Below, piece after piece: positions 1-9,193 of a DNA stretch of 64,000 nucleotides. Position 1 is the stretch's first letter. Each line of letters begins with the position of its first letter. Under the pieces are notes generated by a model. The model was not told where the DNA came from. It saw only the letters and a list, made by a program, of their open reading frames with translations, and ran no database searches. The DNA is from Candidatus Sulfomarinibacteraceae bacterium (lineage in GTDB: Bacteria > Acidobacteriota > Thermoanaerobaculia > Thermoanaerobaculales > Sulfomarinibacteraceae). The DNA lies in the NCBI GenBank assembly GCA_963741385.1, contig CAVUHO010000003.1, forward strand, positions 257,129 to 321,128, read 5' to 3'. Position numbers and translations under genes: made by a program.

Positions 1-180
1 CTCGGAGAGTTGGAGGGTTCAGAACAGCCGTTCCTCCACCCGCGGGTGCGACCCCTGACGGGGCAGCTCAAGGGGGACTACCGCGTGAGGGTCGGGGGGT
101 GGCGGATCCTCCTGACTCCCGATCAGGATTCGAGAGTGCTCTTCGTCTACGCGATCCTTCCAAGAGGTGACGCGTACTGA
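1..180 (+). CDS. RelE/ParE-family type II toxin, 3' part (runs off window start)
   Basis: Frame +1 from base 1 translates to LGELEGSEQPFLHPRVRPLTGQLKGDYRVRVGGWRILLTPDQDSRVLFVYAILPRGDAY* (stop 178-180). YRVRVGxWRI...VxAIxPRGxAY is the RelE C-terminal signature. Not in the ORF track. Confidence 0.75.
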   Translation, partial: LGELEGSEQPFLHPRVRPLTGQLKGDYRVRVGGWRILLTPDQDSRVLFVYAILPRGDAY

Positions 181-240
181 GGTTGCGAATCTCCCCGGTC
201 CCAGCGCGGCGATCGAACTACGGTGTAAGTGCAGACCCGC

Positions 241-249
241 TGGTATACT
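241..249 (+). promoter_or_regulatory. possible extended -10 element (TGgTATACT) upstream of the methyltransferase
   Basis: TGnTATACT ~33 nt before ATG 282; no convincing -35. Confidence 0.3.
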
Positions 250-281
250 CGACCACCTTTTACGTTTCGGGAAAAGAGGCC

Positions 282-1124
282 ATGCAAAAGACCGATGTCG
301 AAACCTGCTTGTTGTGCGGCAGCGCGGATGCGAGCGTGGTCTGCGAATTTCCGGAGTTCACGTGGGTCCGGTGCGGATGCGGTCTGATCTATAAACGGGA
401 CGGGGCGGAGTTTGAGGTCGAGTATAACGAGGACTACTTCGTGGACCGCAAACACATCCGCCGGCTGTACAACTCGCGGGAGGGGCGACGAGTCCGCAAG
501 TCGCGGTCACAGATCCTTGACGTGCTCAACCACGTCGCGCCGGGTCCGCTGCTCGACCTCGGCTGTTCCCTTGGCTATACCCTTCAAGCGGCAAGTGATC
601 TCGGCCTTGCTGCGACCGGTGTCGACATCAGCGAGCACGCCGTGACATTCTGCCGGGAGCGCGGTTTTCGAGCGGAGCTCGGCACGATCGACAAACTGCC
701 GTTCCCGGACGCCGCTTTTCAACTGGTGATCGTGAAGCACGTGCTCGAGCACACCGCGAAGCCCCGCGAGGCGCTGAGGGAGATCGCGCGGGTGCTGCGG
801 CCGGGCGGCGGGCTCTTCCTGGCCGTGCCTCACGGCGGCTACATCAAGGCGCGGGTCGATCCGACCACCTCCCGGCACTTCCGACCCGAGGTCCACGGCA
901 CCGAGCACTTCGTCTACTACGTTCCGGCGACGCTCGCCCGTCTGCTGCGCGAGGAGTCGTTCCTTCCGGTGGCGACGGCTCATCCCCAGCTTGTTCACCG
1001 CCGCGCGGGCGCTCTCCGCAAGGCGGCCGAGATCGCTATCGCGCCGCTGCGGTTCGTCGCACAACGGGCACGCTCCCTGGCCTCCCTCGACAAGGAGTTC
1101 TGGGTCACCGCCGTGCGCCTGTAG
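282..1124 (+). CDS. class I SAM-dependent methyltransferase with N-terminal Cys cluster (CxxC...CxC)
   Basis: LLDLGCSLG (motif I), GVDIS, KHVLEH, LRPGGGL; ATG 282 preceded by AAGAGG. Confidence 0.85.
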   Translation: MQKTDVETCLLCGSADASVVCEFPEFTWVRCGCGLIYKRDGAEFEVEYNEDYFVDRKHIRRLYNSREGRRVRKSRSQILDVLNHVAPGPLLDLGCSLGYTLQAASDLGLAATGVDISEHAVTFCRERGFRAELGTIDKLPFPDAAFQLVIVKHVLEHTAKPREALREIARVLRPGGGLFLAVPHGGYIKARVDPTTSRHFRPEVHGTEHFVYYVPATLARLLREESFLPVATAHPQLVHRRAGALRKAAEIAIAPLRFVAQRARSLASLDKEFWVTAVRL

Positions 1125-1258
1125 TCTGCCACTCCCACCTGGGTCGAAACATCCATTTCAACCACGACCTCGCCTCCGTTGCGGGCTCGAGGTGTGCCAG
1201 ACTGGCGGCGCGGTGCGACCGAATCTTCGTGCGCCGAATTTTGTCGGAGGTGATTCCC

Positions 1259-2140
1259 ATGGCGAAGGACAAAAGGAAGAAGAGCAAGAAGAAGAACAAG
1301 AACAAGGCGGAGCTCGAAACGCAACCGGTCGATGCTGGTAACTCCGCGAACGAGGGAGGGTCTCGACCCAAGATGCGCCGCAAGGAATTCGAAAAGGCGC
1401 TCGAGCCCCTGCAGGTCGAACTGGTCAAGCTCCAGGAGTGGGTCAAGGTCAGCGGGGCCAAGATCTGCGTCGTGTTCGAGGGCCGCGATACGGCGGGCAA
1501 GGGCGGTGTCATCAAACGAATCACCGAACGGGTCAGCCCGCGGGTCTTTCGGGTCGTCGCCCTTTCGGCGCCAACCGACCGCGAGAAGTCCCAGATGTAC
1601 TTCCAGCGCTATATGTTCCACTTGCCGGCGGCCGGTGAGGTCGTGCTCTTCGACCGCAGCTGGTACAACCGGGCCGGGGTCGAGCGGGTGATGGGGTTCG
1701 CGACGAAGCAGCAGGTTGACGAGTTCCTGGAGAATGCCCCGACGATCGAGAGGGCGATCATCCGATCCGGGGTCATTCTGATCAAGTACTGGCTCGAGGT
1801 GGACATGGCCGAGCAGGCCAGACGTTTCGAGGAGCGCAACACCGACGCCCGCAAGATCTGGAAACTCAGCCCGATGGACCTCGAAGCGCAGGCGCGCTGG
1901 TACGACTATTCGAGGGCGCGCGATGCGATGTTCGCTGCCACCGACACCTCGGAGTGCCCCTGGTACGTGGTGCCCTCGAACGACCAGCGTAGGGCCCGCC
2001 TGAACTGTATCTCCCACTTCTTGAGTCAGGTCCCTTACAAAGAGGTGCCACGCCAACCGATCAAGTTTCCCAAGGCCCAGGCCAGGGGGAAATACCGGGA
2101 ACCGGACTGGCCGTTCAACCTCGTTCCCGAGCAGTATTGA
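1259..2140 (+). CDS. ppk2: polyphosphate kinase 2
   Basis: FEGRDTAGKGG (Walker A), FDRSWYNRAGVERVMGF, KLSPMD, RARLNCI; RBS GGAGGTGA before ATG 1259. Confidence 0.95.
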   Translation: MAKDKRKKSKKKNKNKAELETQPVDAGNSANEGGSRPKMRRKEFEKALEPLQVELVKLQEWVKVSGAKICVVFEGRDTAGKGGVIKRITERVSPRVFRVVALSAPTDREKSQMYFQRYMFHLPAAGEVVLFDRSWYNRAGVERVMGFATKQQVDEFLENAPTIERAIIRSGVILIKYWLEVDMAEQARRFEERNTDARKIWKLSPMDLEAQARWYDYSRARDAMFAATDTSECPWYVVPSNDQRRARLNCISHFLSQVPYKEVPRQPIKFPKAQARGKYREPDWPFNLVPEQY

Positions 2141-2197
2141 GTCCCGGTCTGAAGCGGGCCATTTCCTGCTACCCTCTGGCACGAATACGGGAGACGG

Positions 2198-3892
2198 GTG
2201 ATTCCGCCTCCAGGAGGTGGTTTCGTGGCGGCTTCACGATCGGTCGCGTTTTGGATCGCTGTTCTTTTCACAGTTGGCGTAGCCCCGGCCGCCTTCGCCC
2301 AGGCCGCTGGGCCCGGCTCCGAGCCGGAAGTCAGCGAGCTGGCCGGGGAGACGCAGGTCCCCATGGCGCCGGTGACGATCGACGGCACGGTGCTTTTCAG
2401 CCTGCGCGGCGTCACGGCCCTGCCTGCGGAAGAGCGGGCCGCGCGCATTTCCAAAAGGATCGAAGGGGTGGCCCGCGACCCGGCCTTCGACCCCGCGAAT
2501 CTGACGACCTCGGACGACGGAAACATCACCAAGATCATGGCCGGAGAGACCCTGATCCTGGGACTGGTCGACGCCGACGCCCGAGTGGAAGGCGTCGGGC
2601 GCCGCGAGTTGGCGGTGGTCGTCAGCGATCGAATTCGAAAGTCGATCCAACAGTACCGAACCGACCGGCAGCCCGGAGCGATACGCGCTGGCGTGCTGAA
2701 GGCCTTCGGCGACACCGTGGTTCTGGTGCTCGGCCTTGCTTTCTTTTTGTGGCTCTGGCGACGCCTTGACGACAAGCTCTCGGAGCGACTGAAGCGGCGT
2801 CTCAAGGCGATGGGCGTCGAATCGGTCCAGACCGGCAGCGCCGAACGGGCCGGAGATGCGCTGAGCGGTGGGCTGCGGGCCGTCCGTACAATGGTTCTCC
2901 TGGCGACGGCGTTCCTGTACTCGAACATGGTCCTCGGCCTGTTCCCCTGGACCCGCCCGATCCACGCCAAGCTGACGAGTTGGTTTCTCGACCCGCTGCG
3001 GGTCATGGGCCGCGGAGTGGTGGATGCCATCCCCGACCTCATCTTCCTGGCGATCCTCTTCCTCCTCCTGCGCTGGACGGTCGGGCTGATCCTGCTGTTC
3101 TTCAATGCGGTGGAGCGGGGTTCGGTGACCCTGGCAGGTTTCGACCCCGAGTGGGCGAGGCCCACCTTCAAGATCGTGCGTCTTCTGGTGATCGCGCTCG
3201 GGGTCGTGGTGGCCTACCCCTACATCCCCGGGTCGAGCTCGTCGGCCTTCAAGGGGGTGTCGCTCTTCGCGGGTGTCATCTTCTCCCTCGGTTCGTCGTC
3301 GGTGATTTCGAACCTGATCGCCGGCTTCGCCATGACCTACCGGCGGGCATTCAGGGTCGGCGACCGCGTGAGGATTGGCGCTGTGGAGGGAGACATTGCC
3401 GAGGTCCGGCTCCAGGTGACCCACCTCAGGACTCCCAAAAACGAGGACGTGGTGATCCCGAACTCGATGATCCTGAATGGTGAGGTCACCAACTACAGCA
3501 CGTTGGCGCGGTCCCGCGGTCTGATCCTCCACACCACCGTCGGTATCGGCTACGAGACCCCGTGGCGGCAGGTGGAGGCCATGCTGCTGATGGCCGCGGA
3601 ACGGGTCGACGGCCTGCTGCGCGAACCCACGCCGTTTGTTCTCCAGAGGGCGCTCGGCGACTTCTGCGTGACCTACGAGCTCAACGTCTACTGCAACCGC
3701 CCGCAGGCCATGCACGAACTCTACACCGAGCTCCACCGATCGATCCTCGACGTCTTCAACGAGTACGGGATCCAGATCATGACTCCGGCCTACGAGGGCG
3801 ACCCCGAGCAGGCCAAGGTGGTACCCAGGGACCAGTGGTTCGCGGCGCCGGCGACGGCTCCGGCGGACGTCAGCGATCCCGAATCGAAGTGA
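2198..3892 (+). CDS. MscS-family mechanosensitive channel with signal peptide and N-terminal periplasmic extension
   Basis: SNLIAG...FRVGDRVRIG..EG.I.E..L..THLRT..NEDVVIPNS; TM helices; C-terminal GIQIMTP. Confidence 0.9.
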   Translation: MIPPPGGGFVAASRSVAFWIAVLFTVGVAPAAFAQAAGPGSEPEVSELAGETQVPMAPVTIDGTVLFSLRGVTALPAEERAARISKRIEGVARDPAFDPANLTTSDDGNITKIMAGETLILGLVDADARVEGVGRRELAVVVSDRIRKSIQQYRTDRQPGAIRAGVLKAFGDTVVLVLGLAFFLWLWRRLDDKLSERLKRRLKAMGVESVQTGSAERAGDALSGGLRAVRTMVLLATAFLYSNMVLGLFPWTRPIHAKLTSWFLDPLRVMGRGVVDAIPDLIFLAILFLLLRWTVGLILLFFNAVERGSVTLAGFDPEWARPTFKIVRLLVIALGVVVAYPYIPGSSSSAFKGVSLFAGVIFSLGSSSVISNLIAGFAMTYRRAFRVGDRVRIGAVEGDIAEVRLQVTHLRTPKNEDVVIPNSMILNGEVTNYSTLARSRGLILHTTVGIGYETPWRQVEAMLLMAAERVDGLLREPTPFVLQRALGDFCVTYELNVYCNRPQAMHELYTELHRSILDVFNEYGIQIMTPAYEGDPEQAKVVPRDQWFAAPATAPADVSDPESK

Positions 3893-3936
3893 TGGGTGAG
3901 GTAGTGGAACGCTCGTGGAGCTGCTATCCCGAGGGG

Positions 3937-5082
3937 ATGCTGCCCACGCGACGCGCCTTTTTGAGGACGCTGGCGGCAGCTGCAGCCGCTGCCGGCGCCG
4001 GGATCGCCACGGCAGCCCAGGACGAAAGCGTTGTGGTGGTCGACGAGCCGATACCGGTCTTCCCCGCAGACGGCTTCCCGGCCGGGTCCGTACGTTTGAA
4101 CTTCAACGAAAACCCGCTGGGTCCGTCGCCGAAGGCGATCACCGCGATCCTCGAGGACGGGTTTGGCCGCGCCAATCGTTACAACTTCATCGAGCCGCTG
4201 GTGGAGGCGATCGCACAGAACCACGGCGTGCCGAGCCGAAACGTCCTGGTCGGCTGCGGCTCCACCGAGTTCCTCCAGTTCGCCCCGTGGGCCTTCCTTG
4301 CAGACGGCGGCAGCCTCGTGCTGCCGACGCCGAGCTACGGATGGTCGGCCGGGGTCGCGGAGACCATGGGCCGGCTGGTCGTACGGGTGCCAATCGGTGT
4401 GAGCGGTGCGGTCGACGTCGCCCGCTTGAAGAAGGCTGTCCGTCCGGACACGCGCATCGTCTACGTCGCCAACCCCAACAACCCGACCGGGGCCCATATC
4501 CGCGCCGCCGAGATCCTCGCCCTGATCGAGGCCCTGCCCCGGGGCGCGATCCTGATGGTGGATCAGGCCTACCACGACTTCCTCGCTGATGCCGGCCGGA
4601 CAATTGACCTCGTCCGGGACGGAGCGCCGGTGCTGGTCCTGCGCACGTTTTCCAAAGCGTACGGCCTGGCGGGGATCCGGCTCGGTTACGCCATCGGGCC
4701 GGACCCGGTGCTCGAGAGTCTCGGCACCGTGTGGTGGGGCGACCTCGGGATCAACACAGCGGCGCTGGTGGCCGGGCCGGCAGCCCTCGCCGATCGCGGT
4801 CATGTGCAGAACTACGTTGAGCAGGTCGATCGGGGCCTCGCGCAGCTTCGTTCCGGCCTCGAGGCCCTCGGCCTCAGGCCTTACCCACACCGCGCGCCGT
4901 TCCTGATGGTGGAGTGCGGCCGGCCGACGGATCCGGTCGTGCGATCGCTCCGCGAGCGGCGGGTCTTCATCCAGCCGGGGAGCAACTGGGACATGCCGAC
5001 CCTCATCCGGGTCTCGGTGGGCACGGCCGCCGACAACCTGGCGTTCCTCGAAGCTCTGCGAGAGGTCCTGGCGCCAGCCTGA
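3937..5082 (+). CDS. HisC-like class I/II PLP aminotransferase with twin-arginine (Tat) signal
   Basis: RLNFNENP, YVANPNNPTG, DQAYHDF, RTFSKAYGLAGIRLGY (PLP Lys); N-terminus PTRRAFL followed by an Ala-rich h-region. Confidence 0.85.
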   Translation: MLPTRRAFLRTLAAAAAAAGAGIATAAQDESVVVVDEPIPVFPADGFPAGSVRLNFNENPLGPSPKAITAILEDGFGRANRYNFIEPLVEAIAQNHGVPSRNVLVGCGSTEFLQFAPWAFLADGGSLVLPTPSYGWSAGVAETMGRLVVRVPIGVSGAVDVARLKKAVRPDTRIVYVANPNNPTGAHIRAAEILALIEALPRGAILMVDQAYHDFLADAGRTIDLVRDGAPVLVLRTFSKAYGLAGIRLGYAIGPDPVLESLGTVWWGDLGINTAALVAGPAALADRGHVQNYVEQVDRGLAQLRSGLEALGLRPYPHRAPFLMVECGRPTDPVVRSLRERRVFIQPGSNWDMPTLIRVSVGTAADNLAFLEALREVLAPA

Positions 5083-5132
5083 GTGGGCGGATTGGCTCTG
5101 CATCTCGTGATAGGTGGAGAAAAGAATGAAGA

Positions 5133-5264
5133 CTTGGAGACAATCTGATCGTCTGGCAGCCGCTCCAATTCCTGGTCGCGCAAGTGCACGACGTCATGAC
5201 CCTGTTGTCTCAGATACTCTGCGGTGGAACGGGCAATACCCATGTCCAGGAGGAAGCGAATCAC
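5133..5264 (-). pseudogene. DUF5615 PIN-like toxin, truncated after ~44 codons
   Basis: MIRFLLDMGIARSTAEYLRQQGHDVVHLRDQELERLPDDQIVSK, then unrelated sequence; the expected ILTxDxDF motif is absent. GTGA-coupled to DUF433. Confidence 0.75.
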
Positions 5265-5494
5265 GCAGTCTCCGTGGCAGGGATGAAGAGATCATCCGAG
5301 GCCCAGGCCGCGTAGCGCAGGGCTTGCACGACATCCTCTTCCTCGAGGTCGGGATATTCAACGACGATCTCCGGAATTGTCATGCCGTTTGCAACGAGGT
5401 TGACGATCAACGACACCGAGATTCTCATGCCGCGGATGCACGCCTTCCCACCCAAGATGTTGGGGTCAAAGATGATTCTGTCGAAACCGAGCAT
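5261..5494 (-). CDS. DUF433 antitoxin-like protein
   Basis: RIIFDPNILGGKACIRGMRISVSLIV...EYPDLEEEDVVQAL; RBS GGAGG before ATG 5494. Confidence 0.9.
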   Translation of the reverse strand: MLGFDRIIFDPNILGGKACIRGMRISVSLIVNLVANGMTIPEIVVEYPDLEEEDVVQALRYAAWASDDLFIPATETA

Positions 5495-5666
5495 GGGAGC
5501 CTCCATCGACAGTATACGTGGTGTGATCGCGCGGGTGTCATTTTGAATTGAGGCACGGTGAGGGTGCCACCCATCGGAGCCACCACGACAGGCGAGCGTT
5601 CCTCAACGCGTTTCGGGAGGTTGTGGCGTAATCTCTTCGTGAATAAGAACGGTGGAGGGCGCCGCG

Positions 5667-6650
5667 ATGTTGGTTCTGACCCATTCCCAGGTGCGCGAGC
5701 TGCTGCCGGTGCGGGACTGCATGGAGGTGGTGGAGGAGGCCCTGGCCGGCCTCGCCCGCGGCGAGGGCGTGCAGCCGCTGCGAGCAGGTTTTCTGCTGCC
5801 CGACCGGAGCGGCGTGCTGGCCTGGATGCCGGGATCGCTGGCGGCAGGGCAGGTCTTCGGGGTGAAAATCCTCAGCGTGGTGGAGAACCCGGGCGACCTC
5901 GGGGTCGACTCGCACCAGGGCGGGGTGATGATCTTCGACCCGGCCACCGGCGCGCCGCTGGCGCTGCTCGAGGCCGGCGCCATCACCGCCGTGCGGACGG
6001 CGGCCGTGTCCGCCCTCGCCACGGATCGCCTTGCCCGGCGGGACGCCTCTACTCTGGCGATCCTCGGCGCCGGCACCCAGGCGCGCTCGCACGTCGAGGC
6101 CATGCTCGCGGTCCGTCCCATCGAGCGGGTCAGGGTGTGGAGCCGCGATCCGGAAAAGGTCCAGGCCTTCGCTGAAGAGCAGGCGACCCGCCACGGCGTG
6201 GCCGTGGAGCCGGCTGCCAGCGTGCAGGCGGCGGTGGAAGGCGCCGACCTCGTCTGCACCACCACCTCGGCCAGCGAACCCGTGTTCTTCGGTCACATGA
6301 TGGAGGACGGGATGCACGTCAACGCCGTCGGCGCCTCGATCCCGGAGTGGCGCGAGCTCGACACCGAGGCGGTCAAGCGAGCAGCGCTTTTCACCGACCG
6401 CCGCGAGTCGCTGGAGCACGAGGCCGGGGAGTACCGTCTCGCGCTCGAGGAGGGCGCCATCGGCCCCGACCACCTGCAGGCCGAGCTCGGCGACGTGCTC
6501 ATCGGCACCCACCCCGGCCGCACGTCGGATACCGAAATCACCCTCTTCCGGTCGCTCGGGCTGGCGGTGGAGGATGTGGCAGCCGGGTGGTTGGTCTACC
6601 GGCGTGCGCTGGAACGCGGCGTCGGCGCCCGGGTCGATCTCGGCGGGTGA
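5667..6650 (+). CDS. ornithine cyclodeaminase / mu-crystallin family protein
   Basis: ITAVRTAAVSALA, ILGAGTQA (NAD binding), HVNAVGA, ITLFRSLGLAVED. Confidence 0.9.
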   Translation: MLVLTHSQVRELLPVRDCMEVVEEALAGLARGEGVQPLRAGFLLPDRSGVLAWMPGSLAAGQVFGVKILSVVENPGDLGVDSHQGGVMIFDPATGAPLALLEAGAITAVRTAAVSALATDRLARRDASTLAILGAGTQARSHVEAMLAVRPIERVRVWSRDPEKVQAFAEEQATRHGVAVEPAASVQAAVEGADLVCTTTSASEPVFFGHMMEDGMHVNAVGASIPEWRELDTEAVKRAALFTDRRESLEHEAGEYRLALEEGAIGPDHLQAELGDVLIGTHPGRTSDTEITLFRSLGLAVEDVAAGWLVYRRALERGVGARVDLGG

Positions 6651-6697
6651 ACCTGCCTCGGCAGCGGTCAGTCGCGAACTTGGCCCACCATCGCGTT

Positions 6698-9016
6698 TTA
6701 CATGACGGCGCTGAGGACTTCGTCCAGCGCGGTGATGGTCGCATCGACGTCGTGTGATTGGATCACGAGCGGTGGTTTGATCTTGATGACGTTGTGGTGC
6801 GGCCCGTCGGTGGAGAGCAGGAAGCCGCGCCACTTCATCTCGTTGACGACCAGGGCGGCCTCGGTGTCGGCGGGCTCCAGGGTCTCGCGGTCGCGCACCA
6901 GCTCGATGCCGAGAAACAAACCGATGCCGCGGACATCGCCGATCAAGGGGTGGCGATCCCGGAGGGTGCGCAGCCCGGTCAGGAATCGGTTGCCCATCTC
7001 GTGGGCGTGCTGTTGGAGGCCCTCGCGCTCGATAACTTCGAGCACCGCCAGACCTACCGCGCAGGAAACCGGGTTGCCGCCGAAGGTGCTGAAGAACTCC
7101 ATGCCGGTGTCGAACGAGGCGGCGATCTCGGGGGTGGTCACGACCGCCGCCATGGGGTGGCCGTTGCCGATGGGTTTGCCGAGGGTGACGATGTCGGGCA
7201 CCACGCCCTGGGTCTCGAAGGCCCAGAAGTTGGTGCCGACCCGGGCAAACCCCACCTGGACCTCGTCGGCGATGGTCACGCCGCGCGCGGCGTGCACCAT
7301 GCTGGTGGCGGCGGTGAGAAAGCCGTCTGCGGGGATGACCTGACCGCCGCAGCCGATCAGCGACTCGGCCATGAAGGCGCCGAGGCGGCGTCCGGAGCGC
7401 TCGATTCCGGCGATCGCCGTCCGCACCTCGTCGGCGTAGCGGAGACCCGCGAACGGCCCCAGGTGCGGCCCCCGGTAGGGGTCCGGCATCGGGACCTTAT
7501 GGGCGTGAGGGCCGAGGCCTTCGCCCCCCGGCCCTTCGCACTTGTAGGGCGAGATCTCGACCAGCGACGGCGAGTGGCCGTGGTAGGCGTGGTCGAGAAC
7601 GATGATCTCCTTCGACCCGGTGTGAGCCCGCGCGAGCCGGAGCGCCAGGTCGTTGGCCTCGGTCCCGGAGCAGACGAAGTAGCAGACGCTCAACGGTTCA
7701 GGCAGGGTTGCCGTGAGCCGCAGCGCATACTCGACGAGGTTGTCGTGCAGATACCGGGTGTTGGTGTTGAGTTCGGCCATCTGCCGCGCGGCTGCCTCGA
7801 CCACCCTGTGATGGCAGTGACCGACGTGGCACACGTTGTTGACCAGATCGAGATAGCGGCGACCGCCGTCGTCGTAGAGGTACTGGCCGTGTCCGCGGAC
7901 GATCTTCAGCGGCTCCGAGTAGGCGACGCTGAGGTTGCGGCCCACGAAGCGGCGTCGCAGATCCAGGATGTCCCTGGCGGTCCGCGCGGGCGCAGTTGCC
8001 GGGGCGCAGGCGTCCATCAGCCTCTGGATGGAGCGCTCTCGATCGAGGGTGGAGATGCGCTCGAGGAGCCGCCAGACCGGCTGGGCCGAGATCTGGTGAT
8101 ACTCGTTGTCGGGCTCGAGGTGGCGCCGTCGCGCCGAAGTCAGCAGCGAGGCGCACAAGCGGGCGATGATGAGGTCGAAGACCAGCGCCTGCTCAGTCGT
8201 GGAGAGCGGCCGGACGGCGTGGTAGCCGGCGATGAGGTGCGCCGCGTCCGCCAACGGCTCGTCGCGGTCGAGCATGAGATACGCGCACGAGATCGCGGGC
8301 TCGGCGACGGTGACGGTGTGGAGGATGTCGCCGAAGTCGATCAGACCGGCGAGGGCCGGTTCGCCCCCGGCATCGTTCTTGACCAGGATGTTGTGGTCGT
8401 TGGCGTCGTTGTGAATGACGCCGCGGTCGAGCGGTGCGAGCCTGGGTACCACGTGGGTCGTGAAGTGATCGAGGTGGCGTTCGATGAGAGCCCGCCTGGC
8501 GGCGTCCGCGATGTACCCGGCGTCCTTCGCGAGCCCGGCAGTCTGCTCGATGTCCCAGTTCATGGCCCGGTGTGCGCCGGGGTGGTCGAAATCACCGAGG
8601 GCGAGGTCGAGGCGGCCGAGGGTCCGGCCGATGCTCTCGAGGAAGCGCGTCGGGCGTTCGCCGCGGTGGACCAGCGGCGTCCCGTCGAAGTATGTGACGA
8701 GCCGCGCCCAACAGGTCGCGCCGTCGAGGTCCAACTGCAGGACTCTTTCACCGTCGCGCGTCGGCAGAATGTGCGGTACGAACTCGGCCACCGGCGTGCC
8801 GGCGAGGTGGCTCAGCGCCTCGACCTGGCACTCGACCATCTGCCGGTGGTCGCCCGGCGGCGTCACCTTGAGCACGAGGCGGTCGCCGCGCGCGGTGACG
8901 AGGACGAAGTTGCGGTCGACCTCGCCGGCGAGTGACTGGGCGCGTGATTCGATGTTCCAGTGTTCGCGGGCGATGCGCTCCGCGATCTGGGGTGCGAGGT
9001 TGTCGGCTGCTGTCAC
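6698..9016 (-). CDS. fusion of APH-like (hydroxylysine kinase-like) phosphotransferase and class III PLP aminotransferase (phospho-lyase-like)
   Basis: N-part [12 protein letters not shown] and LIDFGD (kinase catalytic loop). C-part [46 protein letters not shown] 9016 after GAAGGAG. Confidence 0.9.
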   Translation of the reverse strand: MTAADNLAPQIAERIAREHWNIESRAQSLAGEVDRNFVLVTARGDRLVLKVTPPGDHRQMVECQVEALSHLAGTPVAEFVPHILPTRDGERVLQLDLDGATCWARLVTYFDGTPLVHRGERPTRFLESIGRTLGRLDLALGDFDHPGAHRAMNWDIEQTAGLAKDAGYIADAARRALIERHLDHFTTHVVPRLAPLDRGVIHNDANDHNILVKNDAGGEPALAGLIDFGDILHTVTVAEPAISCAYLMLDRDEPLADAAHLIAGYHAVRPLSTTEQALVFDLIIARLCASLLTSARRRHLEPDNEYHQISAQPVWRLLERISTLDRERSIQRLMDACAPATAPARTARDILDLRRRFVGRNLSVAYSEPLKIVRGHGQYLYDDGGRRYLDLVNNVCHVGHCHHRVVEAAARQMAELNTNTRYLHDNLVEYALRLTATLPEPLSVCYFVCSGTEANDLALRLARAHTGSKEIIVLDHAYHGHSPSLVEISPYKCEGPGGEGLGPHAHKVPMPDPYRGPHLGPFAGLRYADEVRTAIAGIERSGRRLGAFMAESLIGCGGQVIPADGFLTAATSMVHAARGVTIADEVQVGFARVGTNFWAFETQGVVPDIVTLGKPIGNGHPMAAVVTTPEIAASFDTGMEFFSTFGGNPVSCAVGLAVLEVIEREGLQQHAHEMGNRFLTGLRTLRDRHPLIGDVRGIGLFLGIELVRDRETLEPADTEAALVVNEMKWRGFLLSTDGPHHNVIKIKPPLVIQSHDVDATITALDEVLSAVM

Positions 9017-9193
9017 GCGATGATCTCCTTCAACCCGGTTTTTCGCCACCCACCCACAGTATCGAAGTACGGGGGCACTCGTCGAGAACCGTCGCGAACC
9101 CCGTTCTCACCGCATCACCTGCGCGGGTTCGATTCTACAGAAAAGCGCGCGGCCAGGCGGCCGCGCGCTGCGGGGCGGGGTTGAGAAAGTTGG

